From NCBI RefSeq assembly GCF_009914755.1, contig NC_060926.1: a stretch of DNA of 64,000 nt; one strand, 5' to 3'. The notes below the pieces were generated by a model, which made no database searches, was not told the origin of the DNA, and saw only the letters and a list, made by a program, of their open reading frames with translations. Below are positions 1-12,313 of the stretch, piece after piece. Numbering within the stretch: position 1 is the first letter of the stretch; every line of letters begins with the position of its first letter. The DNA comes from the human T2T-CHM13v2.0 reference genome, Homo sapiens. Both the position numbers and the translations under genes were made by a program.

Positions 1-492
1 GTTTCCTAAGAACATGTATCGCTAATATGCTAAAATTACATAATTCATAATTCTACCGTAACAAAAATATAAAATATATATTACAGATACAAATATATTA
101 TATATAAAATATAAAATGTAGATAAAATATATATTTTATATTATTTAATGGTAAAAGGAAACAGATAGGATATAGATATTAAACAATTGATTTTTTGTGT
201 GTTTTATAAATTTTTGAAGCTATTTGAAAGATAGACGACTTTAGAAGGTATTATGCAAAGATAGGCATAATCTAGTAATGAGAAACGTTAATATTTCAGG
301 AGAAAAGCAAGGGAAATGACTAAATTAGTGACATCCTTAAGAAAGATACAAGGGATATAATGGAGGACTGAAAAAGAATATTGATTTATCTGTGATAGGA
401 TAGCGATTAACTGCCTCCATTTTAACAGGAAGAATGTAAAAATGTGCGTAATCACAAGAAGGTTCATATATTTCATGAAGCTAGGAAGATGA

Positions 493-823
<331 letters not shown>

Positions 824-1138
824 TGAAATACGTTGATTATTTAAGAATGAGCTTCCCTGTCTTTTAAGGGGGAGGAAGGTTTCTATTCTTCTCGTATATT
901 CATCTGTATTTCAGTGTTTGTTGGACCTATTTTTCTGCTAGCATTACACTGTTTAAAAATTATAAAATAAAAAAATAGATTTACATGAAATGCACAAACC
1001 ATTATTGATTATTATGACTTATTATTTATCATCTTTTATCTTCTGATAAAAAAAGTGGTTGTCTCTTACTGCTACCCAAGTCCAATAGCAGCTCTTTTCT
1101 AAGCTAAATGTTATCTGAAGGGTCAGGTGAAAAGATAG

Positions 1139-1465
1139 TTTTTTTTTCTTTCTTTCTCTCTTTTTTTTTTTTTTTTTTTTGAGATAGAGTTTCGCTTTTG
1201 TCGCCCAGGCTGGAGTGCAATGGCGCGTGATCTCGGCTCACTGCAACCTCTGCCTCCCGAGTTCAAGCGATTCTCTTGCCTCAGCCTCCTGAGTAGCTGG
1301 GACTACAGGCGTGTGTCACCACATCCGGCTGATTTTTGTATTTTTAGTAGAGACGGGTTTTTGCCATGTTGGTCAGGCTGGTCTCAAACTCCTGACCTCA
1401 CATGATCTGCCCACCTCGGCCTCCCAAAGTGGTGGGATTACAAGTGTGAGCCACCGCACCTGGCC
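1139..1465 (-). mobile_element. AluS-like SINE, antisense
   Basis: T/TC-rich tail then complete Alu dimer ending CCACCGCACCTGGCC; AAAGATA on both flanks. Confidence 0.95.
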
Positions 1466-2471
1466 AGAAATGGCCAGAAAGATATTTTTCTTTCAAAAAA
1501 AGTAACTCTACTTAAATCAGATGTATCAAATGAAAACAATGTTAGTTACAGTATAAAACCATGTTTTCCAAATTTTGTAAAACAGCGACTATGACTTCTA
1601 TTTATTGTGACAAGAAAACCTGTAGCATATATGTTATATATATATATAATTGTATGTATAGTATTGTGTGTATGCACATATATAGAAATAGTATAAGCTA
1701 TGATTATACAACATAATTTCATAGAAATCAGTATTTTATGGCTAGTTTGCATAATACTTAGCCTCAAATACACAGTGAATTCTAGGATACTAAGAAATAT
1801 ATGGTATATTTTCTAAGAATTTATAGTTTTAAAGGAGTGATAAGGAAGTGAATAATTGTAATCAGTCCTAAAAGCATGCTTAAAATAAAAAAGGTACACA
1901 TTACTAAATCTCCCCCCAGAGCTTTCTAGAAGAAATGATCTTGGTGAAGATGAGTTTTGAAGGATATGTAGACCTTGAGCACCTATAAAGGTGCCCTAAC
2001 ACATCTTAATAATAAATCCAAAGGCTTAAGATGCAAGGTATATGACCAGCTTAGAATGAATGATCGTTTATAATTCCAGATGGATGGAGAGTAACTGATT
2101 TTTCTCCAAATCAAATTTAGTTTTTGACAATGGCATGTAACATGTACAGATTCATTAATAGCAGATTTGGGTACCAAATCTACTAACTAGCAATTAGGTT
2201 AACTACTAGAAACTAGAAATTAGGTATTCTAATAAAGAGACATACATTAAATGTGTCTTACCTCCATAATTCCAATGCTACAAGTATTTAAATATATCAA
2301 GATCTTCCAAATTCGCATCCTTTGCCAAAAGTAAGTATAGTGTACCAGTTCTAAATTTTGCATCAGATATTTGCTTGAAACATGTAAAATACGAAGATTT
2401 GGCCTAAGCTTCAGTTGCTTCATCTCATACAATATTATTGCATTATTTACAATGATTGTTCCTTTTCCCAG

Positions 2472-2652
2472 ATTTGGCAATGTGGAGGCTCCTTGGAGAT
2501 TGTTACTTGCTCCCATGTTGGTCATGTTTTTCGGAAGGCAACTCCATACACTTTTCCTGGTGGCACTGGTCATGTCATCAACAAGAACAACAGGAGACTG
2601 GCAGAAGTTTGGATGGATGAATTTAAAGATTTCTTCTACATCATATCCCCAG
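2472..2652 (+). CDS. GALNT13: Internal coding exon (181 bp, phase 0 in, phase 1 out) of polypeptide N-acetylgalactosaminyltransferase 13, catalytic domain
   Basis: Acceptor ttccttttcccAG|ATT, donor CCAG|GTACAC. Translates [61 protein letters not shown], including the family VGHVFR motif. Residues GGS, GHV and FKD match GALNT13 rather than paralog GALNT1 (GGT, GQI, FKN) as I recall the sequences. Confidence 0.95.
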
Positions 2653-3588
2653 GTACACAATTCTGACATTTTTCTTTCTCTACAGGAGAAAATAAAATTG
2701 AAACATACTGAATATGTGTTTCATTATTGCTGTTATTCTTCTAGTTAAAATATTGTTTATTACCATAATATTGCAGAAAACGGCATATGAGAAAGTTGTA
2801 CTATGAAGTAAATTTTGATGTAAAATAAGAACTGTATTTCAAACACCTAAATATTATCTTTTTTTTTTCTCAACCCAAGTGTTATGCTGGAAAATTGGAG
2901 CAAGCCATACAGAGAGATCTATATTTATTATTAACTCGAATTAAGAATATTTTTAAAAATATTTTAGTAGGGGAAGATTAAATGACTTCATACAGAAACA
3001 AGATGGAAAATTATGCAGATATTTAAATTTATATTTCTGAAGAACATAGTAAATTATCAATAAATATGTGTGAAAAATAATATGAGTAAAACGTTTTCAT
3101 ACTTTAGTTACAGAGAAGTATATATATTGAAATAGAAGTAAACATAGGCTATCAGTGGGTGGTAGGATTATGGGTAATTCTTTTCCCTATATTTTTATAT
3201 ATTTTCTAATATTCATACATTACTTATTTTAAGAATTGAAAGTCATTAAAAAGGAAAAAAATGAGAAAATCCTATTACTGGGTGGTGGGATTATTAATGA
3301 TTACATTCTGTATAATTTTCTAGATTTCTGCAATAGCTACATTACTTAAAACAAAAAAAGCCAAAAACTGAAGCATTTAAAAAGGGAGAAAAATAAGGAT
3401 ACAAAAGGACTGTTTTTATATAGGCCTTATGGTCATTAGTGTCATTATTGTCATTATTATGTAACCCATCAGGACAACAACAAAAATCCAGGCCTACATC
3501 CTCTTTCTGTAATACAATCTATTAGCTGGCTTAGAAAAGGCTATTTGATTTTAATTGGCATGCTCTGATTTTTGAAGGTATATTTAAG

Positions 3589-4810
3589 TGTCAATGAAAA
3601 GAGTCAAACTCTGTAAAACATTTAGAGCTTTACTCTGAACCAAATTTGAGTGAACCTGGCCCAAGGCACAGTCTGGAGAGTTCCAGAGAACATGTGCCCA
3701 AGATGGTTGGGTTATAGGTTGATGTTACACATTTTAGAGAGACATAAGACACATCAGTGAACTCATATGAGGGATATATTGGTTTGGTCAAGTTATTGTC
3801 TAAATACCTAGACTCAATAGGAAAGAGTGACTGGGTTAAGATAGGAGGTTGTGGAAACCAAGGTTCTTATTATACAGATGAAGTATCATTGGTGGCCACC
3901 TTAGAGGCAATAGTTGGCAAGTGTTTCCTATTCAAACCTTTAAAAGGTGCTAAACTCTCAGTTAATCTTCTCAGGTTTGGGAGGGACTGGAAGGGGAAAG
4001 GTCTAGATGCAGATTTTTCCCCTACAAAAGATGTCTTTGCAGGGCCATTTCGAAATATGGCAAAGAAATATACTTTGGGTTCCTTCTTTATCTGTCATAT
4101 GTTTTTATGCCAGAATGAGATTGGCAATGAAGCGGCTACGTTGTCTGGAGTAAATACTAGGGGTTTGTCCTCTCATGCCAAGAAAATTTAGGACAGGGAC
4201 ACACACGAGGAGTTTAGGAGTGGAGGTTAAATAGGCAGAAGAAAGAAAAAGGAGGACAGCCCTCTCTCTGGTGAGAGAGAGGGCTTCCGAAAGGGAAAGA
4301 CCACCAGAGTCGGATGCGCGCGATTTTATAGGCAGGCTTGAGGGGGCTGATTTACTGGGGCCCACAGAATGGTTGGATCAGGTGCGCCCTTTACATAGAG
4401 TGCGGGAAGGCTGGCCACCCCACCCTAATCTTATTATGCAAATAGACTTTCCACTCCACTGGCGCCATCTTGTCTGCTCCTTACTGTACATATGGCTGCC
4501 AAAGAGAAAAGGGAAGATGGAGTCGCTGTTTGGAACATGATTGGCCCAGCTGCTAGCATCTATATCTGCAGTTCAATTTTACAAACTGCTCTTTGTTAGA
4601 AAATGATTTTAGGGCTGCTTTTCATTAAAAAGGAAAACCTTACTGAGGACTCCTGTACCCTCACTGCCTAAGTAATTTCATCTTAACTCCTATATCAGCG
4701 ACTAACCCACATTACACAGGGTTAAATAAACCCATCTAATGAGATTGTATGGTCAATACGGCATGATAGGAACTTGGACAAGAGAGGAAAAGGTCCAAGT
4801 TTAGTCCTCA
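3589..4810 (-). mobile_element. MER4-group ERV1 solo LTR (MER4B/D-like), split by a nested LTR
   Basis: Starts TGTCAATGAAAAGAGTCAAACTCTGTAAAA, ends TTTAGTCCTCA; TG...CA termini; perfect 4-bp TSD TAAG (3585-3588, 4811-4814). Confidence 0.85.
4128..4697 (-). mobile_element. LTR9-like ERV1 solo LTR nested in the MER4 LTR
   Basis: TGAAGCGGCTACG...CTCCTATATCA; minus strand begins TGATATAGGAGTTAAGATGAAATTACTTAGGCAG; near-TSD GCAA/GCGA; CpG-richer than the flanks. Confidence 0.7.
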
Positions 4811-4825
4811 TAAGGAAATTCAAAC

Positions 4826-5114
4826 TTTTTTTTTTTTTTGAGTCGGAGTCTAACTCTGTTGCCCAGGCTGGAGTGCAGTGGCGTGATCTCGGCTCACTGC
4901 AAACTCTGCCTCCCGGTTCAAGGGATTCTCCTGCCTCAGCCTCTCCAGTAGCTGGGATTACAGGCACCCGCCACCATGGCCGGCTAATTTTTGTATTTTT
5001 ACTAGAAACGGAGTTTCACCATGTTGGCCAGGCTGGTCTCGAACTCCTGACTTCCAGTGATCCGCCTCAGCCTCGCGGAGTGCTGTGATTACAGGCTTGA
5101 TCCACCGCGCCCGC
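4826..5114 (-). mobile_element. AluS-like SINE, antisense
   Basis: Poly-T plus Alu dimer with a small deletion in the left arm; AAACT flanks. Confidence 0.93.
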
Positions 5115-6436
5115 AAAAACTTTTTTATATATAAGTACCTAGAAGAGAAGGAGCAGAAGGAGCAGTATGAAGTTTCTTATTAAGATCCAGCATCGCTATA
5201 TAAAGAATGGGGGCATTGTATGTTTAAGTGTGTGATTAGGAAAAGGACTTTTTCACACGTTTTCAAGCCTCTTCTATGTTAAAAAGCTATTACGAGGAAC
5301 ACCATTTCATGCATAGATGTATTTCCCTTTACAGTAGAAATCTAGTCCATATGTTCAGAGTTGAATTCAGCAAGAGCATGTAATATTCAAAGCAAGGCAG
5401 TGACATTTATATAACCTTTTCATTTTCTTTTGATGATACTTTTTGAATTCAAATCATTACTTGTAGAAATATATAAGTTCAAATATGAATAAAGGAGTAA
5501 TGGAGGAAAAAAGTGTGTTATGTGTGATTGCATGCAATGTACATTCAGGAATATGAGTAATTGAGAATAATTGTAATCACATGTATTATATTCATCCATG
5601 ATGAATATTTGTGAAAAGTAATGTGCTAGTCTTTTGTATAATTTTCCACTGAATGAAAAAGGCAGATAAATGATGGAACCATTTCTCAAATTATAATGAA
5701 ATGAATAACTTTAGAATGTAAAGCATGGGAAAAAATGCCTGCTATCTGGAACTAATGACTTTATGTTGCACAATAGGGACTGTTTGTATATCCTGGAAAG
5801 TGCAGTTTTTACATTACAATAAATAATATTTGGGGTTATTGTTTTATAAAATGGATTTATTTAAATGTAGAAAAGTAGTTTGGGAGGCAGAACAAGGACT
5901 TTTGGGGAATGTGTTGAAGATATCTAAGAACTTCCTAAAGGGCGTTTATGTTTACGTGTGTCTCAGAGACAGTCAGTGCAGCTAAGCAATGTAGAATCCA
6001 CCAGCAATAGTGTGGGCAGAGGGAGGAAACCCCAAACCTGAAACACAAAACAATGAATTGCTTCTCCCTGAAAAAGGAAGAATGGACGCAGGCTAGAAAC
6101 TAGTACTGGATGTCTAAAACAATTTGAGCCCTGGGAAGATTTCAGATCATCCAAAAACAGATAAAACAGGTTGCATTCAGGAAGTCAGAAATCTATTATT
6201 TTTATGACAACAATTTCAGCCATTGTTAATTTAGGCTAAAACAGCAGTGGTCATTTTAATTTAAAATCAAAATCATACACTTCTTTGCTATCCTCTGGAA
6301 TTTTTGATTTTCTGTTTTTCATCACTTTGGGAATGGGTGAGTTTGTAAAGAGAGAATCTGGTGTGTGTGTTCAGGAAGGAGGGGTGGGAGCTACATGCAT
6401 TCACATCCACAGTTAGAACTATATCCTTTACTATAA

Positions 6437-6471
6437 TACACATGCACACACAAACACACACACACACACGC
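6437..6471. repeat. (CA)n microsatellite, imperfect
   Basis: acacatgcacacacaaacacacacacacacg. Confidence 0.8.
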
Positions 6472-7204
6472 GTATTTATGAAAAACTCTAAAGAGTTTAT
6501 GAGTTTATATTGAGCTTCTCAGAACTTCCTTAACATGGTGAAATAAATAATACTTGTTCTTTCTAGAAACTCCTCTATATATTTGTTAATTTTTCCAATA
6601 TGTTTTGTGAGATTTCTACTTTTTACATGTGGGCTTCTACTCTGAGATTTTATTCTTCACTTAGGCAGTTTCTCAAACTTCAGTCTTTAAGTGCTGAGCC
6701 TTTATAACTTGAATTATGACAATAACTTACTTACTTTCAATATACTCTATAAAATATCACCTGACTACTGTATTGGTTGGCTTCAGGAATGTTTCAGCTC
6801 TATCTGTCTTGAACTGTCTGGGCATTCTTTCTCTCTTTGTATTCCTTGAAGTTTGATAACATGGGCAAACCATCATCACTTCTTACCATATTGTTTTAAT
6901 TTTTATTACTTGTCTCTATATCCAAAGTAGTTCAGAGACAACTATTTACAGTGCCTAGCAACTTTCCTGTCATTTTGTTTAAAAAAATTTTGTTGAATAA
7001 CTGGAAGAATGAATGAATGAATAATTTTTAAAAGAGAGCCACATTTGTTTCTTTCTGCTGAATTATCCATGGGTGTCTGGTTTATACCAGGGAGACTCTT
7101 CACAAGAATTGTGGCAAATAAGCCTTTGTCCCACCTCTCTGATCCAGCCCTGGATAAGGACCCACTGTTAAAAGAGAGGTGAAGGGTCTTCCTCATAAAT
7201 CTCT

Positions 7205-7486
7205 TTTATTATTATTATTATTATTATTTTATACTTTGAGTTCTGGGATACATGTGCAGAACATGCAGGTTTGTTACATAGGTATACACGTGCCATGGTG
7301 GTTTGCTGCACCCATTAACCCGTCATCTACGTTAGGCATTTCTCCTAATGCTATCCCTCCCCTAACCCCCAACCCCCAACAGGCCCTGGTGTGTGATGTT
7401 CCCCTCCCTATGTCCATGTGTTCTCATTGTTCACCTCCCACTCATGAGTGAGAACATGCAGTGTTTGGTGTTCTGTTCCTGCGTTA
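7205..7486 (-). mobile_element. 5'-truncated L1PA 3' end with (TTA)n tail
   Basis: TTATACTTTGAGTTCTGGGATACATGTGCAGAACATGCAGGTTTGTTACATAGGTATACACGTGCCATGG is the typical antisense L1PA 3'UTR. Confidence 0.9.
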
Positions 7487-7494
7487 TATCATTC

Positions 7495-8205
7495 TGTAAC
7501 CACACAGCAGGTTCTCCTTGCCCACTGCCCAGACATAGCTGATTTATGAAGACAGGGGAATTGCAATAGATAAAGACTTTAAGTCACATAAAGCTGGCTG
7601 TACAGGAGATCAGAGTTTCATTATTACTCAAATCAGTCTCCCTAAAAATTCAGGGATCAAGGTTTTTAAGGATAATTTGGTGGGGGGGGGGGGGTCAAGA
7701 AATGGGGAGTGCTGATTAGTCAGAGATGAAATCATAGGGTATTGAAGTGGGTTTTTCTTGCAGTCTTCTGTTCCTGGGTGGGATCACAGAACTGGTTGAG
7801 CCAGATTACCCGTCTGAGTGGTATCAGCTGTTGCATCAAAATGTAGGGTCTGCAAAATGTCTGCAGCAATGATCTTAGGTTTTACATCACAACAGTGATA
7901 TAATCCCCAGGAGCATTTTGGAGAGGTTCAGAATCTTGTGGCCTCTGGCTGCATGACTCCTAAACCATAATTTTTCATCTTGTGGCTAATTTGTTAGTCC
8001 TACAAAGGCAGACTAGTCCCTAGGCAAGAAGGTGGTTTGTTTCAGAAAGGGCTGTTATTTTTTTTTTTTTTAGCGTTACACTAAATTCACTCCCAAAATT
8101 AGTTTGGCCTGCACCCAGGAATGAACAAGGACAGTTTGGAGGTTAGAAGCAAGATGGAGTTGGGTAGGTCAGATCCCTTTCACTGTTACAATAAAGGCAG
8201 TTTCA
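7495..8205 (-). mobile_element. LTR8-family ERV1 solo LTR
   Basis: TGTAACC...TTATTACTCAAATCAGTCTCCC...AAAGGCAGTTTCA; perfect 4-bp TSD ATTC (7491-7494, 8206-8209). Confidence 0.85.
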
Positions 8206-10435
8206 ATTCCTCTGAGTTTTCCATAGGAAAAGAAAATTCCTTTGGTTTACATATGTGCTTAGGGTTTTATGATTTCACCATAATCATAGGTACACACTGT
8301 AATATAATCTTACCCTCCAGGGCTAATACAAAAGTCTAACAGGCACAATAAAAGCAGACAATAAAATTGTCTAACAGAGCAACATAATACAAGAGCCCAC
8401 AAACCAAAATAAGGTTACTTTTATACATTTTGGTATTTATATTTCTTAAGACTCCCAATTAATTTAAAGTTAAAAATGAGATGTATAAATAGCTTCATGT
8501 GTGAATACCTTTATCTGAGTTTTTTCACAATATCTACTATATATCCTAACAGTCTTGGCCTATGCTCATTAGCCGTTTGGTAATATTGACAAAGTTGGTA
8601 GAGTCTATTTATGTCTTCTAAATAGATGTGTAAATAAAAAATAGACATACTTTGAAATAGTGTTCAAGAATAGATTTTTTTTTTTCACATTTGTTTAGTT
8701 TGATTTCTGGCTGTCTTCTTAAGGATGCAAATACTATATAGCATCAAATACTATAGCATCATTGATTTTTAAAGCCCTGTAGGCTGTTAAAGCCTATGGC
8801 AGTTTTCACAAGTAATTGAGCTGTTTCAGCTTGAACCAATCTGATTGTCCTAGCAAATCCTTTGAAGTGAAGTTATGTAAGCAAAAACTGCTCTTCACAG
8901 AATACCACATTATAAAAAGCAACATTTTCTTTTCCTCTTGGTCACAGGTAAAAAGCTTAAGAACTTTAAGATAGACTATAGTCATAATACTTTCTGTATA
9001 TTTGATATGCTGGCTGTTTTATAAATAGTGGTTTTCTTTTGAGGGGAAGGTAGATCTCTAGCTGTAGATCAACAGGCATGGTGATTAGAAGCAGCAGTTT
9101 TTATATAACACCCAGGTTCTTCTTCCTTTACTTGATGGACACTCTTGTTTTGAGCAGAAACATATTAAAATTAAATTTAAAGGATCCCAAAACATACCTT
9201 AAAAGGTATTTGTATGTGACTTGGAAAAATACATTATTTTTTCTTTGGCAATATTGTAGTTTGATCTGTATTCCAGTTAAACACAAACCACACAATTACA
9301 GAAGACTCCTTGAACTTACTTTGAAGGTTAACTCCCTATTCGTTAACCTTTTAAAAATGCTTAAGAAAAATCAACTCACCAAAGGCAGCCTTTGTTAGCA
9401 GCATTTTTGCATTGTTATTAAAGTTTAAAGCCTATATTCATTTCCATCTCTTGAAATTTCTATCTATGAAATACTAGTGTTTTTGACATGCTGATATTTT
9501 GAAAAATACAATATTTAATAACCAGCTCTTTGAATGTGGGGCCTAATTTCTTCTGTAAGTCATGAAAATGTTCCAGGCTGATTTTGCAACCACATTTTGT
9601 TTCCAGCAAAATGTGCAGTGTGAATATTTTTGTAATAATCTAGGAATATTAGCTATTGGTTGGATTAACAGGAATTCATCTGAAAATAGTATAGCACTTC
9701 TGAAAATAAAGTACATTTGTACCCATGAGTTTTGAACTTTTATTTTTTAATACATGCTTTTTCAGCAGCAGCAGCAGCCATAGTATCAATGAGGGATTGT
9801 GGTATGATGAGGAGAAAATTCTAAATTATTTTAAAGTGCCATGTTATAATAACACATAATGCATTATTTGTGTGATGCCCTAAAATGCTAAATATTGAAA
9901 ATAAAGAATGACAGCTATATTCATCAACTGCTTTTCCTTGCTACAATCAATTAAAACAGTTTTGGATTCTATAATTCTTTAAGGCATTAGGTCAACATTT
10001 ATTATTGGTCCTTTTATTGGTATTCTATGGGTTTTTATTTGTATTTTTATAATAAGGATACTGCCATGCTCTGTCTTCAGTTGTTAAGTGCTTATTAAGT
10101 TCTTGTTTGTTACTATGTCAAGTAGGAGGGACTATGAACACTTTTAAAATGTTGTCTTTGCCGTTAAAGTGTGAACTATCTACATGAGCACATGTAATTA
10201 GTTTAAATGAAAAATAAGATTAAATGCTTAATACATGGGAAACACATTTTCAAGAATTAATATGATTCTTAGGTGAACTGCTTACATTTTCCTAGATTCC
10301 TCCTTCTCGCCCACAGTCTTCAAATGAATCTCCAACTCCTTTCTTTTCCACCTTCTAATTGCTCTCAAATCCATTCGTCTTCATTTCCAGATTCACCTTC
10401 ATCCAGACAACCTACTGATTATCCTAATGGGGCTC

Positions 10436-10835
10436 TGTCCTAGTCTGTTTTGTGTTGCTATAACAGAATATATGATGCTGGGTAATTTATAAAGATAAAA
10501 AGTTTGACTCACAATTCTGCAGGCTGGGAAGTCCAAGATCAGGCAGCCCATCTGGTGAGGGCCTTGTGCCACTTCAACTCATGGCAGAAGGTGGAAGGGG
10601 AAATGGGTATGTGCAAGGAGACCAAACATGAGAAGAAACAACTCACTTTTGAAGTAACTAATCCAGTCTTGTGAGAGCAAGAACTCACTCCATGAGATGG
10701 CTTTAATCTATTCATGAGAGATCCACTCCCATGACCCAAACACCTCCCACTAGGGCATACCTTTCAACACTGCAACATTGGGAATTGAATTCAACATAAA
10801 TTTGGGCAGGAACAAACCTCATCCAAACCACAGCA
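10436..10835 (-). mobile_element. MaLR LTR (MST/MLT1A-type) inserted in a degraded L2
   Basis: TGTCCTAGTCTGTTTTGTGTTGCTATAACAG...GGCTGGGAAGTCCAAGATC...CCAAACCACAGCA; near-TSD GGCTC/GCCTC. Confidence 0.85.
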
Positions 10836-11774
10836 GCCTCCCTTCTCAAAGCTTGCCTACTCCTCTTAGAGCGCTGCTGGAGGACCTTCCCAAACCAAAT
10901 TATCACTGGTCTCTTATTTTCCTAACAACCTTTTAATGACTTAACACAAAGTCAAAAGCCATGAACATGGCCAAAAAGGCCCTGTGAGATCCAGTCCTTG
11001 CCCAACTTTCCAGTCTTTTCTTGTACACTTTCTTCCCAAGAATTCCACATACCTGCCACGTGGAACTACATTCATTGGGTCTCCAAGCTTAACATGCTCC
11101 CTTTTACCTTGAAGGTTTTCTGTATGTCTAAAAAAGTATTTGAGTAGTTAATGAATACTGCCACCTTTGCTTAAAGTACCATAATCATCCACCCCTATCA
11201 ATTGGGTTTGATGTAATTCCCCCCAGGGACTCCAGTGGTTCCTGTAATTTCCCTAATGTAGCATTTATGCATGTTTCAAGTATTTCTTACCCCCACTAAA
11301 TGATGTGAATAAAAGGACTATATCTGTTTTATTGTTTTTTGTTTGATTTTGTCTTTAGAGCTTACTGAGCTCAAATCTATTATATTTGTACTATTTTATA
11401 ACCTACGTCAGAGGCAAATGAAATATGTAAGTCCCAATCACCATTACCATGTATCCTTCAAATCTTTTTCTTATGCATTTACATACATATACAGACACAT
11501 ATTCATATATATAAAAAAACAGTATTGTTGTAACTCCTTTACTTCTACCTTAATATTATGTCCTGCAGTGTTTTACATACTATTTGCTTAGAATTATTAT
11601 TCCATTTTGTAGAGAAATAGTTTTATATTGCATGGATATATCAAAACTTATTTAATCATGCCAATATTGATAAGCAGTTAGGTAGGTTTCAGTTGTCCCT
11701 TACTACAAAAAAGTTACAGAAACCCTCCTGTAACAACTTCTTTGTGAACCCAAGAGGATATTTCTGAGGGATGT

Positions 11775-12003
11775 GGAAGCATTAAGAATGAGAGCACTGG
11801 AGGCAGACTACCTGGGTTAATTCAAATCCTGACTCTACTTAATCTCTCTTTACCTAATCTCTGCACTTAGTTTGTTTGCTATAAAATGGGGATTATAAAA
11901 ATACGGCCTTCCACATAAAGTTTTTTGAGAGTTAAATGAAATAAGATATATAAATCACTTAAGACAATGTCTGGCAAGTATCAAACAATTAGCTGTTATT
12001 ATT
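11775..12003 (+). mobile_element. MIR SINE inside an old antisense L1M remnant
   Basis: CTGGAGGCAGACTACCTGGGTT..CAAATCCTGACTCTACTT; TATAAAATGGGGATTATAA; 3' end TTAGCTGTTATTATT. Confidence 0.75.
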
Positions 12004-12071
12004 ATTCATATATATTCATAGAATATTCTAAGAATATATATTCATAGAATATTCTATGAATATATATGAAT
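12004..12071. repeat. 68-bp AT-rich palindrome, one mismatched pair, no spacer
   Basis: ATTCATATATATTCATAGAATATTCTA-A-GAATATATATTC-A-TAGAATATTCTATGAATATATATGAAT reads as its own reverse complement except 12031/12044. Confidence 0.9.
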
Positions 12072-12313
12072 GACAACACAAAGTTTACTTAAATTTATTA
12101 GATCAATGGATATGTAGATTTATATTTTGGTAGATATTGTCAAAAATTCTTAACTTCTTGAAGTACTTTTTTATCACTCTCACCAACAATGCTTGAGCAC
12201 TTACTGTATACTATCAACATTCTAGATTATCAATCTTTTTGTTTTTGCATATATATGTGTATAGACATATATGTACATATTTATTTATATTTGTATAGAT
12301 AATTGCACAGATA

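Noticed and set aside
2247-2748. ORFs 2247-2669 (-) and 2371-2748 (+)
   Set aside because: Shadow frames overlapping the real GALNT13 exon; only 2472-2652 has splice sites and protein homology
3757-4540. ORFs of 144, 86 and 89 aa
   Set aside because: Lie within LTR sequence; the longer ones cross the nested-LTR junction; no recognisable domain
8729-8760. Short tandem duplications (CAAATACTAT(AT)AGCAT x2; also about 14014-14038, 5145-5165, 47802-47831)
   Set aside because: Ordinary slippage duplications; no array, spacer structure or CRISPR-like organisation
9762-9778. (CAG)5 repeat
   Set aside because: Too short and intronic; not in a supportable exon
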